A stretch of 64,000 nt of DNA from an uncultured Slackia sp. (GTDB taxonomy: Bacteria; Actinomycetota; Coriobacteriia; Coriobacteriales; Eggerthellaceae): positions 27,442 to 91,441 of the forward strand of contig NZ_CAKTVX010000008.1 in the NCBI RefSeq assembly GCF_934630525.1, in the 5' to 3' direction. The notes beneath the pieces are model-generated. The model had not been told where the DNA came from and did no database searches. It was given only the letters and a program-made list of their open reading frames with translations. The position numbers and the translations under genes are program-made. This document shows positions 1 to 9,990 of this stretch, piece after piece (positions within the stretch are counted from its first letter, which is position 1; each line of letters begins with the position of its first letter).

Positions 1-303
1 AAGAACGCGGGCACTTCGGTATGCCCACTGCAAACTCTCGAGAGGGTCGTTTTGCGTCGACCTTCTCGAGATGCTCTTCGCCAATTGCAATATCGCAAGA
101 TTATTGTAAGCCGAATGAAACTTCAAGAAAAAAGATAGCCAAGGGTATCGGTTAGCCTTGGAAAACATTTTAAAACCACGATTGAATCCATGGAAGACGC
201 GACAGCCTAGGAAAGTCCATCATGCTAAAACGATCGAGATAAGACGCACGAAATGCGACGCCCGCTTCGTCGAATCCAATTGCCAGCCACGTGGCTGAGC
301 ATG

Positions 304-331
304 AAAAAAGCCGCTCTTTCGAGCGGCTTTT
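304..331 (-). terminator. Intrinsic terminator hairpin just downstream of tRNA-Phe. It is bidirectional in form, with an A-run and a T-run on the flanks.
   Basis: Stem agccgctc / gagcggct with loop tttc, flanked by aaaaa and tttt. Confidence 0.6.
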
Positions 332-340
332 GAATTCGAG

Positions 341-416
341 TGGTGGTCAGAGAGGGACTTGAACCCCCGACACGGGGATTTTCAATCCCCTGCTCTACCG
401 ACTGAGCTACCTGACC
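341..416 (-). tRNA. tRNA-Phe (anticodon GAA), CCA encoded
   Basis: The reverse complement folds as a cloverleaf. The acceptor is ggtcagg/tctgacc. The anticodon stem is gggga/tcccc with loop ttGAAaa. The T-loop is ggttcaagtcc-like and the 3' end is acca. Confidence 0.9.
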
Positions 417-653
417 GGTTGCGTCAAACGCAGGTACATATATTACAGACCGAACAACCCGAATGCAAGAACTTTTTTCGATATTTTTAAAGTAAGGCCC
501 TCACCTGGACTAATCTGCTAAACGCTGCGAGCATTTAACAGGTTTTGGACCGATCGAGGCCGAACCTCAATCATATCGCGCCTGGCACAATCTGCTACGA
601 ATGGCATTCCAGGCACGCATCGCGCAAAAACCCAAGCCGTCCCATAAACCAAG

Positions 654-688
654 AAACCTGCTAAACGCTACGAGCGTTTAGCAGGTTT
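654..688 (-). terminator. Terminator-like perfect hairpin downstream of the SPFH gene
   Basis: 12-bp stem cctgctaaacgc / gcgtttagcagg with loop tacga, extended by aaa/ttt. A degenerate second copy lies at 515-541. Confidence 0.55.
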
Positions 689-724
689 CGGCATCGGATG
701 TGACTATTAGATCACGAGGCTCGG

Positions 725-1648
725 CTATTTCGCCGACTCGTCGTTGGCGGCGCCTGCGGCGAGCATCTGCTCGAACATGCTGGCCGTCGATTTGAAATCG
801 TTCGGCAGCACGACGGTCGCCCCTTTGCCCGATTCCGCAAAGCGTCCCATCATGTCGGCCCACTGGGTGAACATGAACAGCTCGTTTGCCTCCTGGGGCG
901 TCACGCCCGATTCCTTAATGGTCTCGAGAGAATCTTTGATGCCTTGCGCAATAGCCTTGCGCTGATTCGCGATGCCCTCGCCGGCCTTTTCCATGCTTTC
1001 GGCCTCAGCGAGCGCCTCGGTGACCTTCTTAATACGATCGGCTTCTGCCAAATCCTGCGCAGCCAGGCGCACGCGCTGGGCGGAGTTGATCTGGTTCATA
1101 GAGTCTTCGACTTCCTTTGGAAGCGAAATACGCGTGATAAGCGTGCTCACCAGCGTGAAGCCGTAGGCGGCCATCTGCTCGCTCACCGTCGCGTTCACGT
1201 CTTTTGCGATGTCGTCCTTTTTGGCGAACACCTCGTCGAGCGAATACGTCGGAATGCTCGAGCGCAGCGCGTCGGTGATGAAGTCTTTCATCTGTTCGAC
1301 GGGCTCCTGCAGCATGTAGTAGCTCTTGAAGATGCCCGATTCCATGGGATTGTTGCCCAGCGAATAATCAACGTGATACTGGGCGGAAATATCAAGCCCG
1401 ATAGTAACGTTGTCCTCGGTTTTCACATCGATGCTGAAACCGTTCTTCATGGTTCGAAGGCTCACGGTCGTAGCCTTACGCTCGAAGAAAGGAATCTTTA
1501 CGTGGAAGCCGGCACCAACGAACCTGCTGAATTTGCCCAGGCGCTCAATGATCACCGCATGCTGCTGCTTCACGATGAACAGGCCGTCTTTGATGATGGC
1601 CGCGATAACCAAAATGAAAATGATGAAGAACACAAGACCGCCAACCAT
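725..1648 (-). CDS. SPFH/band-7 (stomatin/prohibitin-like) membrane protein
   Basis: 307-aa ORF. It has an N-terminal TM helix (VFFIIFILVIAAII) followed by an SPFH-like core (HAVIIERLGKF...VKIPFFE) and a coiled-coil tail. Confidence 0.75.
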   Translation of the reverse strand: MVGGLVFFIIFILVIAAIIKDGLFIVKQQHAVIIERLGKFSRFVGAGFHVKIPFFERKATTVSLRTMKNGFSIDVKTEDNVTIGLDISAQYHVDYSLGNNPMESGIFKSYYMLQEPVEQMKDFITDALRSSIPTYSLDEVFAKKDDIAKDVNATVSEQMAAYGFTLVSTLITRISLPKEVEDSMNQINSAQRVRLAAQDLAEADRIKKVTEALAEAESMEKAGEGIANQRKAIAQGIKDSLETIKESGVTPQEANELFMFTQWADMMGRFAESGKGATVVLPNDFKSTASMFEQMLAAGAANDESAK

Positions 1649-1873
1649 GGTGGCACCTTCCTCTTAGGAGACGATGCCACCATTCTAGCAGGCGACGGCA
1701 CCCACGCCGCATCAAGAGCACGCGAAATATCGCGACAAGCGCGACCAAACGAAACAGGCGAGCGCGGCGTCTCACGCCGAGCCGAAAGGCAACGACCCGC
1801 ATCCCCAATGTTCGCGGAATAGGCCGGCAGCCCCGGCGATCGGTTCCCTGCGCTCCACATTGCGCCTTAACGC

Positions 1874-1906
1874 AAAAAGACCCGGAATGAAGATTCATTC
1901 CGGGTC
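1874..1906 (-). terminator. Intrinsic terminator after the purD/HemN-like unit
   Basis: 12-bp stem gacccggaatga / tcattccgggtc, followed by TTTTT on the minus strand. Confidence 0.65.
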
Positions 1907-1944
1907 CAGCACGAGGCGCCCAGTTCAAAAGAGTGGCGCCCTCG

Positions 1945-3288
1945 TTATTCCTTCATCGCGCAGCCGGCCCCGAAAAGCAAGTCGCGCTCCTCTTTGGGAA
2001 GCACGCTGCGAGCCTGATCGCGTAGGTTGTTCACGCCAATGAAGAACTGGCGCATCATGACGACCATGAGGTAGCGGCCCTTCGGCGTGAGCGTGATTTC
2101 CTCATCGTTGTCCACATCGAACGCACCGCTCATCTTCATGAACAGATACTCAGCAGGCAAGCCCGCCGCGACGCTGCAGCCGAAATCGCGCTCCCACTGC
2201 TTTTTGTCGAGACGCAAACCGAACAGCTGCATCATAAAGCGGTAGCGCATGCGGTTGCGCTTGCTGAACTCGGCCTTGCCCATGAGCGACATACGACCCG
2301 ATTCGATGGCCTTGTTGTATTCGCGCACGCTGAACGTATTCACGTACTGCGTATGGCCCAAATACGTCATGCCGCCAGAACCAATAGCCGGGTATTCCTC
2401 GTAATCGACGATGTACTCATCGATCATTTGGCCATCGCCCGGCGTTTTTGCCGCAGGCGTCTCGTCTTCACGCTTATTGAACGTCCACGCGCTGCCATGC
2501 ACGTAAGGCGAATTCGCGCCGCCGGCGAGCGTCTCTGAGATAATCTCGTAGAAACGCTGCTCGCGCTCGTAGTCGACCTTGCCGACCGTGCGTGCGAGCG
2601 ATTTTTCAACCGAAGGCGACGCCATAAGCGGATAGAACGTGGTTTGGCCGCTGCCGCCTTCGATGACCATTTCCAAATCGCGACGCAAGATTTCTTCAGT
2701 CTGAGCCGGGAAGTTGAAGATCATGTCGACGTTGAGCGACTTGAAATACGGCGCAGCAACCTTGATGGATTCAAGAATGCTCTCGCCCGAGCCGTATTTA
2801 TCGTAGCGGTCCATCTGCTTAAGAAGGCCGTTGTCAAAGCTCTGAACGCCCACGCTCAAGCGGTCGACGCGCCCCTGCAGCTTATCGAGATACGACGGAA
2901 TAAGATGGTTCGGGTTGGTTTCGCACGAAACTTCTTTGATCGAAAACTCGCGCTTGGCCAAATCGATGAAATCGCACAGCTCGTCGATCATGATAGTGGG
3001 CGTGCCACCACCGATGTAGAGCGAGTCGAAGTCGTAGCCAAGTTCCTTCACCATCATGAGCTCGGCACGCAGGTTCTTGAAGTACGGCACCGCGCGCTTC
3101 TCGGAAAACGGAAAGCGGTTGAAGCTGCAGTACGGGCACAGGCGTTCGCAGAACGGAATATGCGCGTACAGCATGTAGCGCTGGCCAGCGTTCGGCCCGG
3201 GAATGCGGGGTTCGGTGCACGGCTTGATGTTCATAAACCGCGTAGCGCAAGAGCGCACGGCAGTGGTAAGCATGCGTTCACTCAGCAT
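1945..3288 (-). CDS. HemN/HemZ-family radical SAM protein (oxygen-independent coproporphyrinogen-III-oxidase-like)
   Basis: 447-aa ORF with the CxxxCxxC motif (CERLCPYCSF) and GGGTPT. The start codon lies 3 nt after the purD stop. The exact start is uncertain; an alternative Met is at codon 19. Confidence 0.75.
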   Translation of the reverse strand: MLSERMLTTAVRSCATRFMNIKPCTEPRIPGPNAGQRYMLYAHIPFCERLCPYCSFNRFPFSEKRAVPYFKNLRAELMMVKELGYDFDSLYIGGGTPTIMIDELCDFIDLAKREFSIKEVSCETNPNHLIPSYLDKLQGRVDRLSVGVQSFDNGLLKQMDRYDKYGSGESILESIKVAAPYFKSLNVDMIFNFPAQTEEILRRDLEMVIEGGSGQTTFYPLMASPSVEKSLARTVGKVDYEREQRFYEIISETLAGGANSPYVHGSAWTFNKREDETPAAKTPGDGQMIDEYIVDYEEYPAIGSGGMTYLGHTQYVNTFSVREYNKAIESGRMSLMGKAEFSKRNRMRYRFMMQLFGLRLDKKQWERDFGCSVAAGLPAEYLFMKMSGAFDVDNDEEITLTPKGRYLMVVMMRQFFIGVNNLRDQARSVLPKEERDLLFGAGCAMKE

Positions 3289-3291
3289 GAA

Positions 3292-4563
3292 TTACGCCTC
3301 CAGCGCACGAAGCGCGATGTCGTGGCGATATTGCTTGCCCTCGAAGTTGATTTTGTCGCACGCCTCGTAAGCAAGCTCACGGGCATCTTCGAACGTGTCG
3401 GCAAGCGCGACCACATTGAGCACGCGGCCGCCATTGGTCACGAGCTCGTCGTCTTGGTTGAACGCCGTGCCCGCATGGAACACCGTGACGCCGTCGAGCT
3501 CTTCGGCCTCTTCAATGCCCAAGATGACCTTGCCCTTTTCATAGCTGCCCGGGTAGCCATCGCTTGCGAGCACCACGCACACAGCAACCTGGTCGGTCCA
3601 GCGCAGATCGAGCGCATCAAGCTTGCCCGTGGCAACCATGTAGAACGCCTCAAGCGCGTCAGATTCCAAGCGCGGCATGATGACCTGGGTTTCGGGATCG
3701 CCGAAACGCGCGTTGAACTCGAGCAGCTTGGGGCCTTCGGCGGTAAGCATGAAGCCGCCGTAGAGCACGCCCGTGTAGGCGTCGTCGAATTCCTTCGCCG
3801 TGGCGGCGGCGGCATTCTGCATGATTTCCTGCATTGCGGCTTCGAGCTCGGGAGTTACGCACGGCACCGGAGAGTACACGCCCATGCCACCCGTGTTTGG
3901 GCCCAAGTCGCCATCAAAAGCGCGCTTGTGGTCTTGCGCGCAAGGCATGGCAAGAGCCTTGCCCTCGGAAAGGAACGCGAGCATGCTGCACTCGGGGCCT
4001 TCGAGCATTTCCTCGATAACCACCACGCTGCCCGCTTCGCCGAAGTCGCCCGCGAAGCAATCGCGAACGGCCTCTTCGGCTTCTTCCATATCTTCAGCAA
4101 CCACGACGCCCTTGCCGGCAGCAAGGCCGTCGGCCTTCACGACGATGGGAGCGCCCACCTCGTGCAGGTAATCCATAGCCTCATCCTGCGACGTGCACTT
4201 TTTGTAGCGCGCCGTGGGAAGGCCATGGGCCAGCATGAATTCCTTCGAGAAGCTTTTGGAGCCTTCGAGACGCGCACCCTGCGCGCCCGGACCGAACACC
4301 GCGATGCCCGCCGCACGAATGGCGTCGGCGACGCCGGCGACCAGCGGAGCCTCGGGGCCAATAACCACGAGGTCGATGTTCTCGCTGCGCGCGAAGCCGA
4401 TAACGGCATCGGCGTCGTTCATGTCGAGAGGGACGTTTTTCGCAATAGTCGCCGTGCCGCCATTGCCGGGGGCAACGAACAGCGAATCGAGGCGAGGCGA
4501 TTTCGCAATGGCCCATGCCAGGGCATGCTCGCGGCCGCCCGAACCAAGCACCAAAACGTTCAA
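3292..4563 (-). CDS. purD: Phosphoribosylamine--glycine ligase
   Basis: 423 aa. The N-terminus MNVLVLGSGGREHALAWAI and the ATP-grasp core are typical of PurD. Confidence 0.9.
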   Translation of the reverse strand: MNVLVLGSGGREHALAWAIAKSPRLDSLFVAPGNGGTATIAKNVPLDMNDADAVIGFARSENIDLVVIGPEAPLVAGVADAIRAAGIAVFGPGAQGARLEGSKSFSKEFMLAHGLPTARYKKCTSQDEAMDYLHEVGAPIVVKADGLAAGKGVVVAEDMEEAEEAVRDCFAGDFGEAGSVVVIEEMLEGPECSMLAFLSEGKALAMPCAQDHKRAFDGDLGPNTGGMGVYSPVPCVTPELEAAMQEIMQNAAAATAKEFDDAYTGVLYGGFMLTAEGPKLLEFNARFGDPETQVIMPRLESDALEAFYMVATGKLDALDLRWTDQVAVCVVLASDGYPGSYEKGKVILGIEEAEELDGVTVFHAGTAFNQDDELVTNGGRVLNVVALADTFEDARELAYEACDKINFEGKQYRHDIALRALEA

Positions 4564-4804
4564 GAATGTTCCTTTCCTAGATATGCATAAACCCGAACGC
4601 CGTCATGCGGCGCTCGGGTACGTATCGCAATTGCGGCCCCTATACAGGCCGAAACTTGTCAGCGAAGGCGACGACAACACGCCGCTTCCCATATGAAACG
4701 GCACGCAGCCGAACCGATTGAGCGAAAGCCGTAAGGCAAAACAACCGCCCGAAGGCGCCATCGCATCAAACACGCACGCCGGCCAAAAAGCCGGCGCACT
4801 GTGA

Positions 4805-6115
<1,311 letters not shown>

Positions 6116-6160
6116 AATGGTCCTTTCGTTTGCCGATTCAAATAAAGCAGAACTAAATGA

Positions 6161-8452
6161 TTATATATCTAAAACATGCACGTTCTGAGCCTGTTCGGTA
6201 AATGTGCTCACGACCTCCTTATGACAGGTGAAAACGATGACCTGTCGGCTTTCGGCGAGCTCGGCCAAAGCGCGAGCCGCGCCAGCACGGCGGTCGTCGT
6301 CGAAATTCACCAGAATGTCGTCGGCGAGCACGGGAATGGCGGTGCCAACCTCGGGTGCACATTCGAGCAGAGCGATGCGCAGCGCCAAGTAGAGCTGCTG
6401 GCACGTGCCAAGCGAGAGCAATCGCGGCGGAAATTGAGCGCCGAATGAATCGATAGCACACACATCGGAACCGCTCGACGCGACGCCCACCCAGGCTCCC
6501 GCGGTCATAAGCCCCATGAGATGTGATGCCCGCTCATATACCTTGGGCTGGCTTTCGGTTCCCCACGCCTCGATGGCGCCCGACACCATGCGTTTGGCGA
6601 GCAGAAGCCTCACGAGCTCATGTGCCGAGTCGGTTTGACGCGTGACGATTTGGGCGCGCTGGGTTTTCAGCAAATCGAGCTCGGACGCGCGTTCCCCATC
6701 GGAAAGAATTTGCCGCAGCTGGCCCACGCGCGAAATCATGCCCTCAAGCCGTTCGTCGAGGTTCGCGCGCTTCCGCGCAAGCTCAAACGCCGCCGTCTCA
6801 ACATCGTCGAGCGACAAATCACCGGCAAGGCCGACGGATCCAAGGCACTCGCAGCGATACCCTTCGCACCTTGCGAGTTCTTCGCTTGCATCGTCGAGCC
6901 CCGTTTGCGCTTGGCGGCGCGCACGATCGGCGCGAAGCTGGGCTTCACGAGCATCGTGCATGACGTCAAGCTCGCGCAATGCCGCGCGGGCCGTAACGAC
7001 ACGAGGGGGAAACCCGAGCTGCGCGAGCGATGCGCGCACCTGATCGGCCACGACCATGACCTCGCCCTCACGCGAGTCGTACGTCGATTTGCACGCAACC
7101 ATGGTGGCGCGAGCCGAATCGATGTCGACTTTTGAGGAAGGCGGCGCGGGCTTCGCCTTGGCAATAAGCAGAGCACCCACGCCTACGCAGCACACGCTCG
7201 CGACCATGGCGAAAATCGCCACGGGCAGGGCATCGGGCGCGGCAAGAGCCAGCGCGAACGCCGCCACAGCAAGCAACCCGGCTGCACAAAATGCCGCGAT
7301 AGGCGCCGTGCGCGAAGCGCGGGCCTCCGGCGCCTTTTCGGCTTGCGCCGCCGCATCGCGACGAGCCTCCCAAAAACCGCGCGCGTGCTCATACGCCTCG
7401 CGCGCCGCCGACAAGCGCTGCGCCGCAGCGTCTTCCTGCTCGGACAGCAATTCGAGCGAAGCGCGCAAGTGCGCTTCCTCCTCCGCCGAAACGCGCGGAG
7501 TCGCAGCATAAGCGGCGCGCTCCGCCTGCGCGTCGGCCTCGCATGCGCGCAACTCAGCCTGCGCGCTGGTTATTTCTTCACGCAGGCGGTGGCGCGCCGA
7601 ATCGATGCGCGAAAGCTCGCCTTTGCACGCCGCCAGCGCTTCGATTTTGGAATCGAGCACCGAGAGCTCGCGTTGCAATTGCTCGCGATCGTCAAGCAGC
7701 GAGCGCAACTCAACGTCTTCCGCCTTCAGCTCGTCAGCTTGGGCGCGCGTTTCCAGCAAGCGCTCTTTCACGCCTTCGAGCTCGCGCTTCAAATTGGGGA
7801 ACGATTCGGTCTCGGAAGCCGCACGACTCATAAGCGCCGCGATACGCGCGTCCAGGGCGGAAGCCACATGGGCGGGACTTTCCTTGGTTCCTGAGCCAGC
7901 CGTGAGCAATTTCGCCGAGATGTCGGGCGCCGCCTCGAGCGATCGAAGCTCATCAGCATCGAGCGAGAAAAGCGTTTGGAACGTTTCGCGATCGATGTCG
8001 CCGCACACCGCCGCAAGCCACGCTTCGTCGCCAATGAGGCCTTCCGCATTGCGGGCGCGCGAAACGCGGCCCACTTCACCCGTTGATGCGTCGCAGAACA
8101 GAAGCGAACCTTCGCGCGAAGCGGCGCGAGGCTTGTATGCATTGCGCGAGCCGCGCGCTTCGGGCCAGCCGAACAGCACGCCGCCCACGAATGCGCGAGC
8201 GGTGGTTTTGCCCGCCTCGTTGGGGCCATACACCACATTGAGACCCGGCTTGAAAGGCCCAAGCGCTCGGTCGATGAAACGCCCGAACGCCGCCATATGG
8301 GCTCGCTGAAGGTATATGCCCGCATGGCTTTCCGCTTGAGGGTCCTCAGGCGCGTGGGCGCTTTCCGATTGCATCAAATCGCGCGACGCGTCAATGCTCG
8401 ACTGCGCGGGCGCTTTCTTCTTCGAATGTTGAGCCACATGCTTCGCCGTCAT
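6161..8452 (-). CDS. AAA/SMC-like ATPase with a long coiled coil and a central transmembrane hairpin (YhaN-like)
   Basis: 763 aa. Features are Walker A GPNEAGKTT, long Ala/Glu/Arg-rich coiled-coil stretches, two hydrophobic helices in the middle (IAAFCAAGLLAVAAFALALAA, VAIFAMVASVCCVGVGALLIA) and a C-terminal Walker B-like VLADDILVNFD. An ATGA overlap joins it to the upstream nuclease gene. Confidence 0.65.
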   Translation of the reverse strand: MTAKHVAQHSKKKAPAQSSIDASRDLMQSESAHAPEDPQAESHAGIYLQRAHMAAFGRFIDRALGPFKPGLNVVYGPNEAGKTTARAFVGGVLFGWPEARGSRNAYKPRAASREGSLLFCDASTGEVGRVSRARNAEGLIGDEAWLAAVCGDIDRETFQTLFSLDADELRSLEAAPDISAKLLTAGSGTKESPAHVASALDARIAALMSRAASETESFPNLKRELEGVKERLLETRAQADELKAEDVELRSLLDDREQLQRELSVLDSKIEALAACKGELSRIDSARHRLREEITSAQAELRACEADAQAERAAYAATPRVSAEEEAHLRASLELLSEQEDAAAQRLSAAREAYEHARGFWEARRDAAAQAEKAPEARASRTAPIAAFCAAGLLAVAAFALALAAPDALPVAIFAMVASVCCVGVGALLIAKAKPAPPSSKVDIDSARATMVACKSTYDSREGEVMVVADQVRASLAQLGFPPRVVTARAALRELDVMHDAREAQLRADRARRQAQTGLDDASEELARCEGYRCECLGSVGLAGDLSLDDVETAAFELARKRANLDERLEGMISRVGQLRQILSDGERASELDLLKTQRAQIVTRQTDSAHELVRLLLAKRMVSGAIEAWGTESQPKVYERASHLMGLMTAGAWVGVASSGSDVCAIDSFGAQFPPRLLSLGTCQQLYLALRIALLECAPEVGTAIPVLADDILVNFDDDRRAGAARALAELAESRQVIVFTCHKEVVSTFTEQAQNVHVLDI

Positions 8453-9714
8453 AGCTGCTCACGCCCTTCCAAAAGCTCAAGGGCCATATCTTCGGCGCGT
8501 GCACACGCACCTTCGAGCGCTCGGTCGATGCCCGCCGACAACGTGAGGCCGCGAGCGGCAAATTCGCGCTGCAAGTATTCGATGGTTTCCTGTTTGTTTG
8601 AGGCGAGCTTCGCCGATTCGCGAAGAAGCGAAGCCTCGAAAAGGCCCGCAGCGCGCATCGCATCCCTGTCGAGAGGGGAAGTTGTCTCGTCGATAAGCGC
8701 GTCGCAGAAAAACGACGGATAGCGTTCGTTGAGTTCGTCGCGCATTTCATCGATATACCCCGGAGTCGCGAGCATGCCGTGCAGGGGCGTTGCTCCCACG
8801 AGCGTGACGCGCGCGATCATTTCCTCGCATATCACCTGGGAATTTGCATCGAACATAGCTCGAACGCAAGCGCCAAGCACATCCTCCGCACCTGCGCAGG
8901 CAGATACGTCGACGCGCAGCTGCTCCCACTCGACCGATTCGCACGCGATGAATTCAAGTTGGTTGGGCACGCCTTCCTCGAGCGTCACCGCATAGCAACC
9001 GCGGTCGCCGACTTCTTTAATGTCGCGGCCCTGCGCGCAGCCGCAGAAAGCGATTTTGGTCTCGGCGGCGTTTTTAGGAAAGCGGAAGTTTTTATGGATG
9101 TGCCCCAGCGCCCAATAGTCCATGCCCGACGCATACAGGACATCTTCGCTGGTAGGGGCCTTGTACGGATCCATCCACAACCCCGTGTGCAACATGCCGA
9201 CGACAAACGGCACCTGCACGCCGCACGCCGCTTCGGCCGCAGCGCGCGTCATGCCCGCAGCGATATCGCTTTCAGGCGCCTGATTCGAAAAGCCGCGCGC
9301 GGCAATAATCGCGACAGGTTCGCCATCGCGCTCATAGACGACATAGCCCGGCTCATCGGAGCCGAACATATGCACGTTTTCGGGAAGCTGGTCGCGCAAA
9401 CCCGCCCACGTCGCATAAGGGTCGTGATTGCCCGCAATGAGGTATACGGGGATCTGCGCATCGCGTAAGCGTTCGAGGCCCTGCAAGAAATGACGATAAT
9501 GGGCGTAGCTTGGCTTGTCGGTGTCGAATTCGTCGCCCGCAAACAGCACGAAATCGACCCCGCGCTCGATTGCCGCATCAACCACACGGTCGTACGCCTC
9601 GGGAATCGCGCGCGTGAGTCGGTCGGCCCATTTCGGGGAAAGGTCGCGCAAACCGCGAAAAGGCGCACCCAAATGGATGTCGCCCGAATGAATGAATGTA
9701 ATACGGTTTGTCAT
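8449..9714 (-). CDS. Metallophosphoesterase DNA-repair exonuclease (SbcD/YhaO-like)
   Basis: 421 aa with calcineurin-like motifs HSGDIHLG, AGDEFD, GNHD and GHIH. Confidence 0.75.
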   Translation of the reverse strand: MTNRITFIHSGDIHLGAPFRGLRDLSPKWADRLTRAIPEAYDRVVDAAIERGVDFVLFAGDEFDTDKPSYAHYRHFLQGLERLRDAQIPVYLIAGNHDPYATWAGLRDQLPENVHMFGSDEPGYVVYERDGEPVAIIAARGFSNQAPESDIAAGMTRAAAEAACGVQVPFVVGMLHTGLWMDPYKAPTSEDVLYASGMDYWALGHIHKNFRFPKNAAETKIAFCGCAQGRDIKEVGDRGCYAVTLEEGVPNQLEFIACESVEWEQLRVDVSACAGAEDVLGACVRAMFDANSQVICEEMIARVTLVGATPLHGMLATPGYIDEMRDELNERYPSFFCDALIDETTSPLDRDAMRAAGLFEASLLRESAKLASNKQETIEYLQREFAARGLTLSAGIDRALEGACARAEDMALELLEGREQL

Positions 9715-9840
9715 ACGCCGAGTTTAGCCCAACAAACAAAGAAATGCCGCGGAGTTCAAACAAGCTCGGCGAAAACACGATGGACAGCTATTCCAAACAG
9801 AAAAGAGTCCTTTTCAGCCAAAAGCTGCATTCGCACCAAA

Positions 9841-9990
9841 AGTCAGCGAGCAAGGCTTCCGGCGAGTGCGATTCGGGCGTTGCCGTGGCGAAGCGTACTT
9901 CGGTACGCGAGTCGCGGCATTAGCCCGAAGCGTGCCGCCAGAAGCCTGCGCAGCGTCGAGTCGTTACGCCGTTCGTAGAACGGCGTAACC
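9841..9990. repeat. Interspersed intergenic repeat, family A, copy 1
   Basis: It shares tcagcgagc...ggcgagtgc.attcgggcg, the core gcgaagcgtacttcggtacgcgag (9888-9911), gcgcagcgtcgag, and a terminal hairpin (gttacgccgttcgtagaacggcgtaac, 9963-9989) with the copies at 14548-14725 (inverted), 25058-25197 and 41628-41843. Confidence 0.75.

Noticed and set aside
209-218. AGGAAAGTCC string reminiscent of the RNase P RNA CR-I block, in the ORF-free, lower-GC first 340 bp.
   Set aside because: The flanking sequence lacks the following GGGC and the other conserved RNase P helices on either strand. I could not fold a convincing RNase P, tmRNA, SRP or 6S structure by eye. The region is left unannotated; a covariance-model scan would settle it.
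515-541. Second copy of the SPFH-terminator hairpin (ctgctaaacgc...gcatttaacag), as a possible repeat family or small RNA.
   Set aside because: It is a degenerate duplicate with two stem mismatches, 143 bp from the perfect copy. There is no further evidence of function, so it is probably a local duplication remnant.
2644-4590. Very long plus-strand ORF (648 aa). Similar long antisense ORFs occur at 20281-22299, 25066-26559, 35862-37250, 45894-47519, 48167-50578 and 60019-61422.
   Set aside because: Each lies exactly antisense to a confidently identified gene (purD, the flavoprotein, lysA, galE, the MgtE_N/NRMT pair, gyrA, yidC/jag). Their translations are Arg/Ala/His-rich low-complexity sequence with no recognisable motifs. 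These are the shadow ORFs expected in high-GC DNA.
4564-4804. Possible purine or ZTP riboswitch in the purA-purD spacer.
   Set aside because: I could not find the guanine-riboswitch junction motifs (UAUAA...UAUGG...CCGUAAA...GACUA). I also could not find the ZTP pseudoknot blocks (GGGUCGUGACUGGCG / CCGCCUGGGC) on the minus strand.
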